Made by a program: the position numbers and the translations under genes. DNA of 64,000 nucleotides, taken from IMG/VR virus record IMGVR_UViG_3300032030_004230. One strand, given 5' to 3'. Of the stretch, positions 9,345 to 19,350 are shown in pieces; the stretch's first letter is position 1; each line of letters opens with the position of its first letter. A model generated the notes under the pieces. The model had not been told where the DNA came from, did no database searches, and saw only the letters and a program-made list of their open reading frames with translations. The DNA is from a virus. Taxonomy: Duplodnaviria; Caudoviricetes.

Positions 9345-10013
9345 ATGTACTCTAAAAAAATGCCAGATTTCAGATGGAACGAAGTTTTAGACTTACTTGA
9401 ATTCGAATCCAAGATGATGGAAGACGGTCATGAAGGCATTTACAGTACTGATGACTTCCAGTACAGTGATTGGAAAGACAAGCTTCCTGATAGCTGGGGG
9501 AAAGAAGATGATGCACTTCGAAAGTACTTCGACATAATGAATGAAGCTGAAAAGCTGTACTGTGCTTTAGGTGAATTTCATCGTGATGTGTCATCTGAAA
9601 ATATTCCAAAATACGAGATTTACATCATGCTTCCAAGCGGAAGAAAGATTGGAATGTATTGGATGACTGGTCAAGGAGATGACTTCGGAACATTTTTGCT
9701 CGACAAGAAAAAAGCAGATGAGCTTGGACCGTACATTATTCCATGGTGCGGTATTGACAATCTGGTCGATAGAAGTCCGTCTAAAAAAGCTGACTGGTAC
9801 TATAACCAAGTTTTGGATGGAGCAGTTCGCTTGCAGATAAAAGAAATTTGTGATGCAGAAGGCGAAAGCACTGGTAATACAATCAGTCTTCAGCATCTTG
9901 TAAAAAATAATGCTATGTTTGTTTTGGGCCAGATGTCGTTTAAGCAAGGATTCCCTTCAACATTGAACTTAGACAACATTGAAAACTTTGTAAAGGAGTG
10001 CATATATGGATAG
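9345..10013 (+). CDS. hypothetical protein
   Basis: GAGG SD, overlaps next gene. Confidence 0.75.
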   Translation: MYSKKMPDFRWNEVLDLLEFESKMMEDGHEGIYSTDDFQYSDWKDKLPDSWGKEDDALRKYFDIMNEAEKLYCALGEFHRDVSSENIPKYEIYIMLPSGRKIGMYWMTGQGDDFGTFLLDKKKADELGPYIIPWCGIDNLVDRSPSKKADWYYNQVLDGAVRLQIKEICDAEGESTGNTISLQHLVKNNAMFVLGQMSFKQGFPSTLNLDNIENFVKECIYG

Positions 10014-10626
10014 CTTTACGAAATCAAGAATCAGTAGACTTGAAGCTGATGTAAGATCAATTTTTGAGTCAATTGAAAAGCTTAAAAAAGAAGATGACAG
10101 AAGTAGAGACTCAATCAATGCACTTGTGAGAGTTGGAGAGAATCTCAATAACCGCATTACTGCTCTTGAAGAGACTTCTATGCCAACAAAAGATGAAGAA
10201 GATGACGATGCATCTCTTCTTACAGAAAAGCCAATTGAATACCAAATTGCTTGGAAAATGCTTTCACGCTGTGCTGATTGGTTTTACAGAAAAGCAAAAG
10301 AAGACATTGGCTATGAAGGCTATGACACAGATGTAGAATCTTATGGAAATTTTATCGACACTGTTCGTAAGACTGGATTTATCTCAATAAGTGTTGTAAA
10401 CGGACGCGCATTCTTGTATGCTGCAAATCCTGTAGCATTTATTGAGTTCAAAGACATGTGGAATGATGTTCAAGCATTTATTAATAGCGAGCTTGGCTTC
10501 ATAATTGCAATCAGTCGTTTCGTATATCCTTCAAAAAATGAAGACATAGCACCAGACTACGGTGAAGACATGACTTCAATCGTAAATGAATTTATTGATG
10601 GGCTAAGGAAGCCGGGACAGGACTAA
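10006..10626 (+). CDS. hypothetical protein
   Basis: AAGGAG SD. Confidence 0.75.
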   Translation: MDSFTKSRISRLEADVRSIFESIEKLKKEDDRSRDSINALVRVGENLNNRITALEETSMPTKDEEDDDASLLTEKPIEYQIAWKMLSRCADWFYRKAKEDIGYEGYDTDVESYGNFIDTVRKTGFISISVVNGRAFLYAANPVAFIEFKDMWNDVQAFINSELGFIIAISRFVYPSKNEDIAPDYGEDMTSIVNEFIDGLRKPGQD

Positions 10627-10627
10627 A

Positions 10628-11578
10628 ATGAGTAAGTGGCTATATCACAGTGGACTAAAAACAACTGCAACATTCATTGGCAATAGAAAACGAAAAACTG
10701 AAGCACTTCGTTTGTTTGAATGCTCAAGAGAAGACAATATTGAGAAAATTGAAAAGTTTGTCAAGGGGCATGAGCTTTCTTCAAAAACTTGGAGACTGGA
10801 CTATGACAGACCAAGTGCGTATGACGCTTATGACAGTGACGCTTATGCTATTATGTTCTCAGGCGGCTTTGACAGTCTTTCATTAGCTTTGCGTCACTTA
10901 GAAAAGAAAGAACGTGTCTATCTGTTGTCAATTGGTTTTCATGAAGATGAGCGTTGCTCTGCTTGGCTTACTGCACAAATACTAAAATCAGTCTATGGTG
11001 AAGACAATGTAAAGTTCATCAAATTGTTTGATGAGATTTTAATTGATGGTGAAGGAACTTTTGGATTGACGCAACAGCCTATTTGTGCTTTTTATGCTTC
11101 ACACATGCCAGAAGTTGTTTTTGAAGACATTAAAGCAGTTGAATGTGCGTATGTAATGAACGATGATGCGATCTCATATTTGAGTGAACTAAAAGCAATT
11201 TACAGTAATGCCATGAAATGCCACAGTGTCTCTTGCAGTCGTAAAGACTTCCCGCCTATGAGATTCCCTCTTTCAAAAGTTCAGCATCATGAGAATATTG
11301 ACTACGTTCGCAGAATTGAAGAAAAATACGATGTGATTTTCCCAACATTATCAGCTGAACACATTCGATCAAGAATGTATGAAGCAAAAAATGACTTCGT
11401 TTACATTATTGAAGCTGGAGAAAATCAAGACAAGCCAAACAAAGAATGTGATGTCCATGCTTATATTTTCATTGAGCATCTTCGACAGATCAATAGTCTA
11501 AAAGAAGTATTCTCACATTCTCTTACGAAGAGAATCAAAGAGAGACTTGAGAAAGTAGCAGAAACGCTGGAAAGTTAA
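10628..11578 (+). CDS. QueC-like PP-loop (N-type ATP pyrophosphatase) protein
   Basis: AIMFSGGFDSLSLAL PP-loop; no C-terminal Zn-binding Cys cluster. Confidence 0.65.
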   Translation: MSKWLYHSGLKTTATFIGNRKRKTEALRLFECSREDNIEKIEKFVKGHELSSKTWRLDYDRPSAYDAYDSDAYAIMFSGGFDSLSLALRHLEKKERVYLLSIGFHEDERCSAWLTAQILKSVYGEDNVKFIKLFDEILIDGEGTFGLTQQPICAFYASHMPEVVFEDIKAVECAYVMNDDAISYLSELKAIYSNAMKCHSVSCSRKDFPPMRFPLSKVQHHENIDYVRRIEEKYDVIFPTLSAEHIRSRMYEAKNDFVYIIEAGENQDKPNKECDVHAYIFIEHLRQINSLKEVFSHSLTKRIKERLEKVAETLES

Positions 11579-11587
11579 TCTTTTTAC

Positions 11588-12760
11588 ATGAAGAATAGAA
11601 CTTGGGTATATGCAGATAATAGAAGAGTAGAAGTCTTCTTACACATGGGCAACAAGATTTTCAATAGAATGCATTCTTATGAGAGAAGCATCCTTGGCAG
11701 AGAAAACGAAAAAATTGTAGTTCAGATAGTTCGTTATTCTGAAGGCTCAAAAGACTTGTCTATTTGCTGCTGGTACTGGAAGAAAAGAGACATTAAGAAC
11801 ATCACTTATGGGTCTCTTCTTTTTGAATGGAGAATGCCTTTTGTAAAAAATGGTGTTTACAGCTTATGTTGTGATCTTCCAAAAACTGAAAATTGGCATG
11901 CTATTCGAAGCTGTTTTTCAACTGTTAAAGAAAAGAAACCGACAAAAGACAATGCATTCTACTATCAAAATCATGTTGGACAGGAATGCTTCACGAATGA
12001 TGAAATAAAAGACAATGAAGAAGCCGTCAAGCTTACGATCGACAGATACATGACAAAAGACGAAGCAAAAGCAACTTGGAGACACATCAAAAAGAATAAT
12101 TGGGTCTCAAAGTTTTATTGGGACCCTTGGATGCATGAGTATGACTGCTACTGCAACTTTTGCAAAGCTATCTCTGTAACAGAGCCTAGAAGAAGCTGGA
12201 GATCATGGGTGAGCAATCCAGACATTGGCTATGTTTGGCTAGACGAAATACATTGCAAGAGTGACTATGTCTACAAAGGAAAAGCTTATGTTCCTTGTCC
12301 AGCTGAATTGTATGATCGTCTTTGTTTTTTTAATAAAGAGCAATATGAAGAAGAGATAAAAGATAAGACTGGGCGATTTAAGACTTTTGATGAGTTGTGG
12401 AATGAAGAGCTCACAGCTAAAGAAATTAAAAGCAATGGAAATGTCTGTGGTGGTGCATGGAGAAATCTTCTTAGCAAAAATATTATTGCAAAAGATGATG
12501 TAGACAATGCAGATGATGCAAATCTTGAGAAAGTTGTCACTCTAGGCTGGCATAGAACAGAGATAGAGCATGCAGTTCGTTGTCCTGTTTGCGATGACTT
12601 GTATGAGATTATTTGTCGTAGCGACTACAACCCTGTGCCATTCTTTAAGAGACTTAAAGAGAGAATTGTATGGAAAGCAGAAAGACTTGAACTTGACGCT
12701 ATGCTGCACAATTTTCTCTATAATTTAAAGGAGACATTAAAATGCAAAAAGAGAAAATAG
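11588..12760 (+). CDS. hypothetical Trp/Cys-rich protein
   Basis: 390-aa ORF with CYCNFC and CPVC. Confidence 0.75.
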   Translation: MKNRTWVYADNRRVEVFLHMGNKIFNRMHSYERSILGRENEKIVVQIVRYSEGSKDLSICCWYWKKRDIKNITYGSLLFEWRMPFVKNGVYSLCCDLPKTENWHAIRSCFSTVKEKKPTKDNAFYYQNHVGQECFTNDEIKDNEEAVKLTIDRYMTKDEAKATWRHIKKNNWVSKFYWDPWMHEYDCYCNFCKAISVTEPRRSWRSWVSNPDIGYVWLDEIHCKSDYVYKGKAYVPCPAELYDRLCFFNKEQYEEEIKDKTGRFKTFDELWNEELTAKEIKSNGNVCGGAWRNLLSKNIIAKDDVDNADDANLEKVVTLGWHRTEIEHAVRCPVCDDLYEIICRSDYNPVPFFKRLKERIVWKAERLELDAMLHNFLYNLKETLKCKKRK

Positions 12761-13473
12761 GTGCTCTTCCTATTGAGTACTCTGTAGTACCTTATAAAAA
12801 AGGCATTGGAGGCACTAGATGCTATCGATATTTTAGCATTATGCAATCAGATGCTGTAGACTCATTAAAGAGACAAGATTGTCCAGTGCTGTATCGAAGC
12901 CGCGATTTTAGTAAATGCTTAACTTTCGCAAAGCACTTCTTTAACGTTGCAGACTTGAAGAATAACTATGAGCTAAATATGAATAAATGCTGGATTGCTG
13001 TGCATGGTATTAAGTACCATCCAGCTAAAGATGCTTGGCTTTGGTGGGTGAGCCAGAAACAAGAAGACATAAAATTTATCTTTGATGAGCCGCAAGACAA
13101 CACCTTAAAAGGCCTCAGTATAACAGTTCAAAGACAGCATGATGCAATTGCAACTCTTAAGCATGAAGCAAAAATCAGAGAGAGACGATTGTCTGAACTC
13201 GAATCAGCTGTTTCTACTCTTTCAAACAGACTATCAGAGTATATTACTTCTCATTCAGAATGCGCAAAAGAAGAGACGAAAGAAGAGCTGCTCAATCTTA
13301 TGGATTGGATTTTCTGGAGAGCTAGAACTGGAAGACCTGTTGACAAGACAAACATCTATGACTTCTTTTGTTTCGCTGATTCTCGTGGTTTCGCAAATAA
13401 TGCTACTAGTGCAAGAGTTTGGGACTATAGATATGAAGACCTCTTCTACAATAATTTTGTACTTGTCAAATAA
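12742..13473 (+). CDS. hypothetical protein
   Basis: AGGAG SD. Confidence 0.75.
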   Translation: MQKEKIGALPIEYSVVPYKKGIGGTRCYRYFSIMQSDAVDSLKRQDCPVLYRSRDFSKCLTFAKHFFNVADLKNNYELNMNKCWIAVHGIKYHPAKDAWLWWVSQKQEDIKFIFDEPQDNTLKGLSITVQRQHDAIATLKHEAKIRERRLSELESAVSTLSNRLSEYITSHSECAKEETKEELLNLMDWIFWRARTGRPVDKTNIYDFFCFADSRGFANNATSARVWDYRYEDLFYNNFVLVK

Positions 13474-13496
13474 AAGCTGTGAAGGAGATTTAGAGA

Positions 13497-13697
13497 ATGA
13501 GAATGACAGTAACAGACTTATGCAGCCAGCTTCAGTCACTTGCTCATGAGGGCTATGCAATTCATGCTATTGAGCTTTTGACAGAATGTGATAATTGTAC
13601 TTCTGACATCACTTTAGATAATCCGACGCTAGAGATCATAAAGTCGGACAAAAAAACAGTTAAGCTCCTTTTTAGAAACGGAGAGCACAATGACTAA
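13497..13697 (+). CDS. hypothetical protein
   Basis: AAGGAG SD. Confidence 0.65.
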   Translation: MRMTVTDLCSQLQSLAHEGYAIHAIELLTECDNCTSDITLDNPTLEIIKSDKKTVKLLFRNGEHND

Positions 13698-13878
13698 TGA
13701 TGAGCTTCTTGCTAAAGAAAACACTCTTTCAAGAAAAGTCGATGAGCTTAAAAAAGAACTTGTAGAAAAGCAAGTAGCTCTATGTAAGTATGATGGCTAT
13801 GAGGAGACTTCTAAGAGAATTAAATCTCTGATACAGAAGTTCTTGAGCAAAAACTTAACAAAATCGAATCTGACATAG
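13690..13878 (+). CDS. hypothetical protein
   Basis: GGAG SD, overlaps upstream gene. Confidence 0.6.
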   Translation: MTNDELLAKENTLSRKVDELKKELVEKQVALCKYDGYEETSKRIKSLIQKFLSKNLTKSNLT

Positions 13879-13920
13879 ATTATGCTTGTAACTAATTTTT
13901 CATATAGGAGATTTTTCTAA

Positions 13921-14505
13921 ATGAGAAAACTTAATGAGAACATAGAATGGGGAGACTTCGATCAGTTCACAAACTCTGATAAGTATCTTCCTGCACGTGG
14001 TGAAGGCGACAACATGGCTACTCAAGCTGCTACTGCTTTGAGCAAGCTTGTCTATAAGTGGTTTAATGATGGTGATGTCTATGATACTCGCTATGAGCTT
14101 AAAGGCTGGGCAAATGACATCTCAGGTTCAGCAAACTGGCTATACAAATACATTCCAGAGACACAGCCTATTCTTGATAGAATTGAACTAATCGGGACAG
14201 AAGATGAGTACACAGGACTTTTGTTTGACCTCTGCAAAGTTGTAGATCCAAAAATTCCAAGTCTTGAGAGCTTTGACTTAAAAGGCGATGCATACGACGA
14301 AGATGGCAAATTTAAGTACTGTGAAAGATGCAGCAATTGCGGTTGTGTAATGCCAGACGGCGATTACTGCGATGGAATGTGTAAAGACTGCTATGAGGAG
14401 CGGTATGAAGACGACTACGAGGATGAAGACGAAGAATTTGATGAAAGCAAAGTCATCGATATGCCTCGTATTAGAGAAGCTCGCAGAGCAAAGAATACAA
14501 AATGA
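13921..14505 (+). CDS. hypothetical acidic protein with Cys-rich (Zn-ribbon-like) segment
   Basis: CERCSNCG...CDGMCKDC; AGGAG SD; ACTAATT at 13891. Confidence 0.75.
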   Translation: MRKLNENIEWGDFDQFTNSDKYLPARGEGDNMATQAATALSKLVYKWFNDGDVYDTRYELKGWANDISGSANWLYKYIPETQPILDRIELIGTEDEYTGLLFDLCKVVDPKIPSLESFDLKGDAYDEDGKFKYCERCSNCGCVMPDGDYCDGMCKDCYEERYEDDYEDEDEEFDESKVIDMPRIREARRAKNTK

Positions 14506-14612
14506 TTGATGCTTTGATAGCATCTGCTTTAGCACTTATATGTGCTACTGGGCTTTCATTGCTCATAGTAGTCATAGCTTGCTATTTAGATAGAAAGCAA
14601 AAGAATGACTGA
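14502..14612 (+). CDS. 36-aa single-TM peptide (not in ORF track)
   Basis: MIDALIASALALICATGLSLLIVVIACYLDRKQKND; ATGA overlap with upstream stop. Confidence 0.55.
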   Translation: MIDALIASALALICATGLSLLIVVIACYLDRKQKND

Positions 14613-14640
14613 GATAAGAAACTGAAAAGCTCATTAAAAA

Positions 14641-14661
14641 AGCCGCTCATTAAGAGCGGCT
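14641..14661. terminator. bidirectional terminator between convergent blocks
   Basis: AGCCGCTC-ATTAA-GAGCGGCT with A/T flanks; identical to 62520-62540. Confidence 0.8.
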
Positions 14662-14682
14662 ATTATTTTGCAACTTTCTAAA

Positions 14683-15660
14683 TTACTTCATCAATTTGAA
14701 CTTAAAGCCTTTCTTCTCACCGTCTACTGGACGATTAAGAGATCTCTTAATGATGTTTGTAAACTTATCATCAATCTCTTTTGAGACAGCTACTTTTTTG
14801 TAGTCTTCACAAATGGTCTTTATAAGACGAAGATTCATTTGAATAGATTCTTTGATAGGAAGCTTATAGCCGAGAGACTCTACTTCATAGAAGAATTTTT
14901 CTTCAGGATTCATGTTCTCAAGCTCATGCAGCTTTTTAAAGCTGTATTTAGCAGTTCTTTCTTCTATAGTTTTGAGGTCTTCACCAGTCTCGCCAATGTG
15001 TTTAATGAACTCAAATCCATAGAGCTTCAAAGGCTCGAGAACTTTTTTCTTTCTCTGAAAAAGAGCTCCTTGAATGTTATCTGAGCCGTCTCCATAAAGT
15101 GCTTTGAAGTACGTAACACTTGCAATAGTCGGCTTGAACTTATACTTTTCTTGAAATTCTTTTACTGTGAAAAGGTCTTTTGGCCCACGATTCATCATGT
15201 GAACGTTCTCAGACAGGAATCTCGACCAGTCTTCATCAGTAGTGACCATTAGAATTTTCTTATCAGAAAACTCTTTTACAATAGACTCTACATAATCATC
15301 AGCTTCATATTTGTAGCTTTCGCATTCAATTACATTTGGTCCTTGATGCAAAAAGTATCTTCTAAGAGTGTCTACACACTGAAGAATAAGTCCATCTTTC
15401 TTTCTGTTCTCTTTGTACTTCGCATTGAGTTGTTTTCTTTCTGTAGAGTATTTAAAAGAAGAGTCTACAGTCAAGTCATCTTTTGCAATAGGATCAAAAA
15501 GAAGAAATAGCTTTCCATCTGTAGAAAGCATCGGCTTCAATTCGTTCTCAATGTAGTCAATAAGATTATTTGTAATTGCAACAGTAGACTGTATAGCTAC
15601 ATGAGATTTGCGTCTATAATAAAGATTAAAGACATCAATTAAGATTAAATCGTATTTCAA
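14683..15660 (-). CDS. 5'-3' exonuclease / T4 RNase H-like flap nuclease
   Basis: LILID, RKQLNAKYKENR, EADD, TDED, LYGDGSDNIQG; TTG start with GGAG. Confidence 0.85.
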   Translation of the reverse strand: MKYDLILIDVFNLYYRRKSHVAIQSTVAITNNLIDYIENELKPMLSTDGKLFLLFDPIAKDDLTVDSSFKYSTERKQLNAKYKENRKKDGLILQCVDTLRRYFLHQGPNVIECESYKYEADDYVESIVKEFSDKKILMVTTDEDWSRFLSENVHMMNRGPKDLFTVKEFQEKYKFKPTIASVTYFKALYGDGSDNIQGALFQRKKKVLEPLKLYGFEFIKHIGETGEDLKTIEERTAKYSFKKLHELENMNPEEKFFYEVESLGYKLPIKESIQMNLRLIKTICEDYKKVAVSKEIDDKFTNIIKRSLNRPVDGEKKGFKFKLMK

Positions 15661-15676
15661 AAATAAGCTCCAGGTA

Positions 15677-15832
15677 CTAAAGATGCATTTTCTTTAGTGT
15701 TCTAAAATTGCCTGGTTTCTCTTTGTCTTCTACGATGCGAGTAGCATTATTGCTCTTTGCTTCGTCAAGTTGCTCAACAGTCACAGGCTTTCCGTCAAGA
15801 GTAAGCTCTTTTGTTTCTTTTGTGTTTTCCAT
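15677..15832 (-). CDS. 51-aa hypothetical protein (not in ORF track)
   Basis: MENTKETKELTLDGKPVTVEQ...; AAGGAG SD; ACTAATT upstream. Confidence 0.65.
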   Translation of the reverse strand: MENTKETKELTLDGKPVTVEQLDEAKSNNATRIVEDKEKPGNFRTLKKMHL

Positions 15833-15971
15833 AAAGGATTCTCCTTGCTAATAATTAGTCTTTCCTGTGAATTCGATCAACTTAGTTAATAATAGAATAT
15901 TAACTTACTATTCTGAAACAGCAATAGGACTCATGTAGGAATGAGCCCTGTATTTTTGAAATTTTAAAGAC

Positions 15972-16349
15972 TTATATAGACTTTGCGTCTTCTTTTTCAC
16001 AAGCAATTTCAGCATTCATATCAAAGTACATTTTCTCAAGAGTTTCATAGATGTCTTCAATATTGTAAGCTTCTCTTCTGTCTTCGTTGTCTCGCAAGAA
16101 CTCATAAAGACTAAGAAGTCGCTTTTTGTTAAAGCATACTGCATAATTAAGAACAGCAAAATCATAACCAGCTTCCCAAATCTTCTGATTAGACAATGCT
16201 GAGAAAGTTTTGCCTGTCTCATCAGTCCATGCAGCAGTGCCATCTTTCTTGAAAATACATGCACTTGGACCAGCAGACATGCCTTCTCTAAAATTGGCTG
16301 TCTCTAGCCATTTCTCGTACTCAGGATTTTTCTTTTCATTAAGAGCCAT
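15972..16349 (-). CDS. hypothetical protein
   Basis: GGAG SD. Confidence 0.7.
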   Translation of the reverse strand: MALNEKKNPEYEKWLETANFREGMSAGPSACIFKKDGTAAWTDETGKTFSALSNQKIWEAGYDFAVLNYAVCFNKKRLLSLYEFLRDNEDRREAYNIEDIYETLEKMYFDMNAEIACEKEDAKSI

Positions 16350-16370
16350 ACATTAGTCTCCAACATATAA

Positions 16371-16757
16371 TTATTTTTTCACCCATTCCAGAAAGTTCAT
16401 TTCTGAGAAAGTTCCCTTATCTTTAGCTTTTTCAATTCTTGCATTTGTAATGTCTTCATTGCTGATAGAGAATTGTCTCTTCACAATGTCAAGAACTTCA
16501 AACAAATCTGCAAACTCTTCAATAAGAAGCTCATGTTCAAGTGTATGATCACCGGGCTCAACTTCTGTTACATGATCGTACCATGCATAAGCACTTGCAA
16601 GCTCTTTTGCTTCTTCTTCAATTTTGTTTGCTATTGCATCAATGTACTCTTTAGTAAACTTCTTTATTTGATGGACTTTGAGAGCATTCCCGTCTTTCAT
16701 TATCAATTGTGGTACTTTATCTCTCACCAGTTTTTCGTATTTTATCTTTCTTCTCAT
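16371..16757 (-). CDS. MazG-like / phosphoribosyl-ATP pyrophosphohydrolase family NTP pyrophosphatase
   Basis: KLVRDKVP, KIEEEAKE, EEFADLFEV, KGTF. Confidence 0.8.
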   Translation of the reverse strand: MRRKIKYEKLVRDKVPQLIMKDGNALKVHQIKKFTKEYIDAIANKIEEEAKELASAYAWYDHVTEVEPGDHTLEHELLIEEFADLFEVLDIVKRQFSISNEDITNARIEKAKDKGTFSEMNFLEWVKK

Positions 16758-16899
16758 AAAAGCTCTTCCATACTACAAATAAAACAAATAAAGCAAAAAC
16801 AACAAGCTCCATTACGCCAACTACTACAAACATTTTCAAGCACCCAATAAGAAGTACTTTTAAAATTGTCATAAAGTCACTCACTTGCGTAATCTGCAA
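16717..16899 (-). CDS. small hydrophobic membrane protein (start uncertain)
   Basis: Long hydrophobic stretch filling the gap between genes. Confidence 0.5.
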   Translation of the reverse strand: MQITQVSDFMTILKVLLIGCLKMFVVVGVMELVVFALFVLFVVWKSFYEKKDKIRKTGER

Positions 16900-17179
16900 C
16901 TACTGGACAATAGAATAGCTTGAAGCCTTCATCTTTGTAGTACTCATATCTTAATGAATGTGCACCTTCTAACCACAAGTAGACTTCATTTTCTGCAATG
17001 TCATACATGTGAAGCATCTCTTGCAAAGCATCTTCTTTGATCTGATCTAAAGCTTCAAGGTCATCTAATTCCTTAAGATAACCTAAAGATTTTTCAATGT
17101 CTACTACTTTCGCCCAATCAAAAAACGCCATAATAGATGCTATTGATTTTGCAACTTTAAGTGGCATAGATTCTTTCAT
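16877..17179 (-). CDS. hypothetical protein
   Basis: Packed ORF. Confidence 0.7.
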   Translation of the reverse strand: MKESMPLKVAKSIASIMAFFDWAKVVDIEKSLGYLKELDDLEALDQIKEDALQEMLHMYDIAENEVYLWLEGAHSLRYEYYKDEGFKLFYCPVVADYASE

Positions 17180-17182
17180 ACG

Positions 17183-17650
17183 TTACCATCTCCACATATC
17201 ATCAGTCATATCAGGCGCAGACAAACACAACTTATATCGATAATATTTCTTGCCTACTTCAGCAATTGGCATATACTTTAATCTGCCATTTATTCTTAAC
17301 TCTGAATAAAAAACTCTATCAGGAACAGGCTTTTTTCCATTGAAAGCTTCGTTAAAAGTCTTTGAGTCTACAGCTATCGACTTCATCAGATTCTCAACTG
17401 TATTTACAAGATACGCTTCAAATGTTCTTGCGTCTTCTGACTCTTGAATTACTTCACCGATACTGTTGACAACAATCCATTTCTGATTGGTTGTAGCATT
17501 CAACTCATGTACAAAATACCACATTGCTTTGTGATCAGGATCGTCCCATCTAGATGCATCATCTTTGCTGTCAGTAAGTGAATAGTGACCACAAAGATTT
17601 ACAAAATATGAATTATGCTCAAGTCTTCTAATATAGTACCACATAATCAA
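17183..17650 (-). CDS. hypothetical protein
   Basis: Packed ORF; ATG at 17644 is an alternative start. Confidence 0.7.
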   Translation of the reverse strand: MIMWYYIRRLEHNSYFVNLCGHYSLTDSKDDASRWDDPDHKAMWYFVHELNATTNQKWIVVNSIGEVIQESEDARTFEAYLVNTVENLMKSIAVDSKTFNEAFNGKKPVPDRVFYSELRINGRLKYMPIAEVGKKYYRYKLCLSAPDMTDDMWRW

Positions 17651-17659
17651 AGATTAACC

Positions 17660-18823
17660 CTAGTCATTTACTGGAGTCACTACAAATTCTTTTGAAGACA
17701 TTGTTTCAGCAAAGATTTTAAGAGCATCTTCTGCACTTTTTGCTGCAATTATGATGTCGCCTTTGTGCGTAATTCTGAACTTTCTTTCAAGTGATGATGT
17801 CAAGCAATACTCATAGTAGGGACTAAGACCTGCAGACTCAAAGTCTAAGTCTTCCCATTTATCTGCTTCATAATCTGACATGCAAGGATGCACATTACGA
17901 TATGAGACTTTCTTCCCATCGAGAATCCACTTCATTACAGTCTTTAAGTCTGTAGTAGTACTTTCATTCACTGCTCTTTTTGCTTTCTCTGCTAAGAATT
18001 CTGTAAATTTTTTGTCCCAGTAATGACCTTGAGCATTAGAAAGCAGTAAACCGTTTATGTAAAGCCACTTTTCAAACTCTGACAATGATGTTTTTGTAAG
18101 ATTCTTCTTTTCAGCCCAATCGCCTATAGATATCATGCTGATAGAGTCTTTATGCATGTTGGCACTTTCCAGACATGCAAAACGAATGAGGAATGACCAA
18201 CCCTTGTCAACAGGGTCTTCGTCTGAAACTACATAAACTGTGCCTGTGCTTGGATCAACGAACACTGACCAGGGATACGCAGTCAACAAGCTATTATGAC
18301 TAAAATGGTCTAATTCAGTAGATGCTGTGGCGTCCGACTTAGCATTGCTAAGAAGAAACTCTTCATAGATTTGCATCCATTCTGCAAAAGACGCATTTTT
18401 GGTCATTGGATGCTTATCTTTTTTATAGGCAATAAAGCGGTCTTTGTTAAAAGCATCTTTCTTTAAGTCTTTGAAAAACTTATCAACATTCATAGTTTTC
18501 TCCTGAGTATTCTTAAATGCAAAAAGAATTGCAATTGAAGCACTTGAGCATGCAGTTGGATCAACACATATATGTGATGCCAAAAATGACTGGTAGGTGA
18601 CTTCAGTCATTTGTGTCCAGTACACTGGGCTAACCCCAGACTTTTCCCATCCGCCATCATTGACATAGTATATTTCAGAATAGCATGCATAGTAATGACA
18701 GCCATTTGAATCAGTGAGAATAGCGTACCAATGACGATACTTTCCAGTCAAAGGATTTTCATTTGCTACATTGTCATAGCGTTTTTCATGATAAGAAACG
18801 TAGTACTTAAGATTCTCACTCAT
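17660..18823 (-). CDS. hypothetical multidomain protein
   Basis: 387 aa, ATGA overlap. Confidence 0.8.
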   Translation of the reverse strand: MSENLKYYVSYHEKRYDNVANENPLTGKYRHWYAILTDSNGCHYYACYSEIYYVNDGGWEKSGVSPVYWTQMTEVTYQSFLASHICVDPTACSSASIAILFAFKNTQEKTMNVDKFFKDLKKDAFNKDRFIAYKKDKHPMTKNASFAEWMQIYEEFLLSNAKSDATASTELDHFSHNSLLTAYPWSVFVDPSTGTVYVVSDEDPVDKGWSFLIRFACLESANMHKDSISMISIGDWAEKKNLTKTSLSEFEKWLYINGLLLSNAQGHYWDKKFTEFLAEKAKRAVNESTTTDLKTVMKWILDGKKVSYRNVHPCMSDYEADKWEDLDFESAGLSPYYEYCLTSSLERKFRITHKGDIIIAAKSAEDALKIFAETMSSKEFVVTPVND

Positions 18824-19347
18824 TTCTTAGGCTCCCAATTCACAATAGCGTCTTTTATCTCTTTATCATCAAACTGTCTGTCAATACGAATAATAAATGA
18901 TCCACGAATCAATGCATGAGTACAATCGTCAACTGAACTAAGATACTTATTAAAAGCACTTAGGCATCGATTTGCTGCATCATTAGCAAGATCATTACAA
19001 CGACTGTAGCCAAATTGCTTTTTTCGCTCTTCTTTTTCCTCAAAAGATGTTTGCTCGCTCAAGCCCAAAATACAGCGTTCAAAACTTGCAGGAACAATCA
19101 AATTCTCAATTGAGAAGTCAAGCTCATTCTTATTATAATGATACTCAAATCGCTCTACATGATGATCATAGAGCGCTTGCAGCCTTTCTTCTATCGTATA
19201 GTAACCACTACCAATAGACATTTCTTCATCGGTCCGTTTTTTAGATATTTTTTGGCCTTTCAATATCTTAACAATCAGCTCTTTCACTAAAAATGAGATT
19301 AAGCCAATAAATAAAAGTGCACCAAAAATTGGGAGAATATACGCCAT
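18820..19347 (-). CDS. hypothetical protein with N-terminal TM helix
   Basis: GGAGG SD; hydrophobic N-terminus. Confidence 0.75.
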   Translation of the reverse strand: MAYILPIFGALLFIGLISFLVKELIVKILKGQKISKKRTDEEMSIGSGYYTIEERLQALYDHHVERFEYHYNKNELDFSIENLIVPASFERCILGLSEQTSFEEKEERKKQFGYSRCNDLANDAANRCLSAFNKYLSSVDDCTHALIRGSFIIRIDRQFDDKEIKDAIVNWEPKK

Positions 19348-19350
19348 GTC

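Noticed and set aside
15869-15892. GAATTCGATCAACTTAGTTAAT as a fifth copy of the dispersed element
   Set aside because: Needs several indels and lacks the C-rich segment. At best a degenerate remnant.
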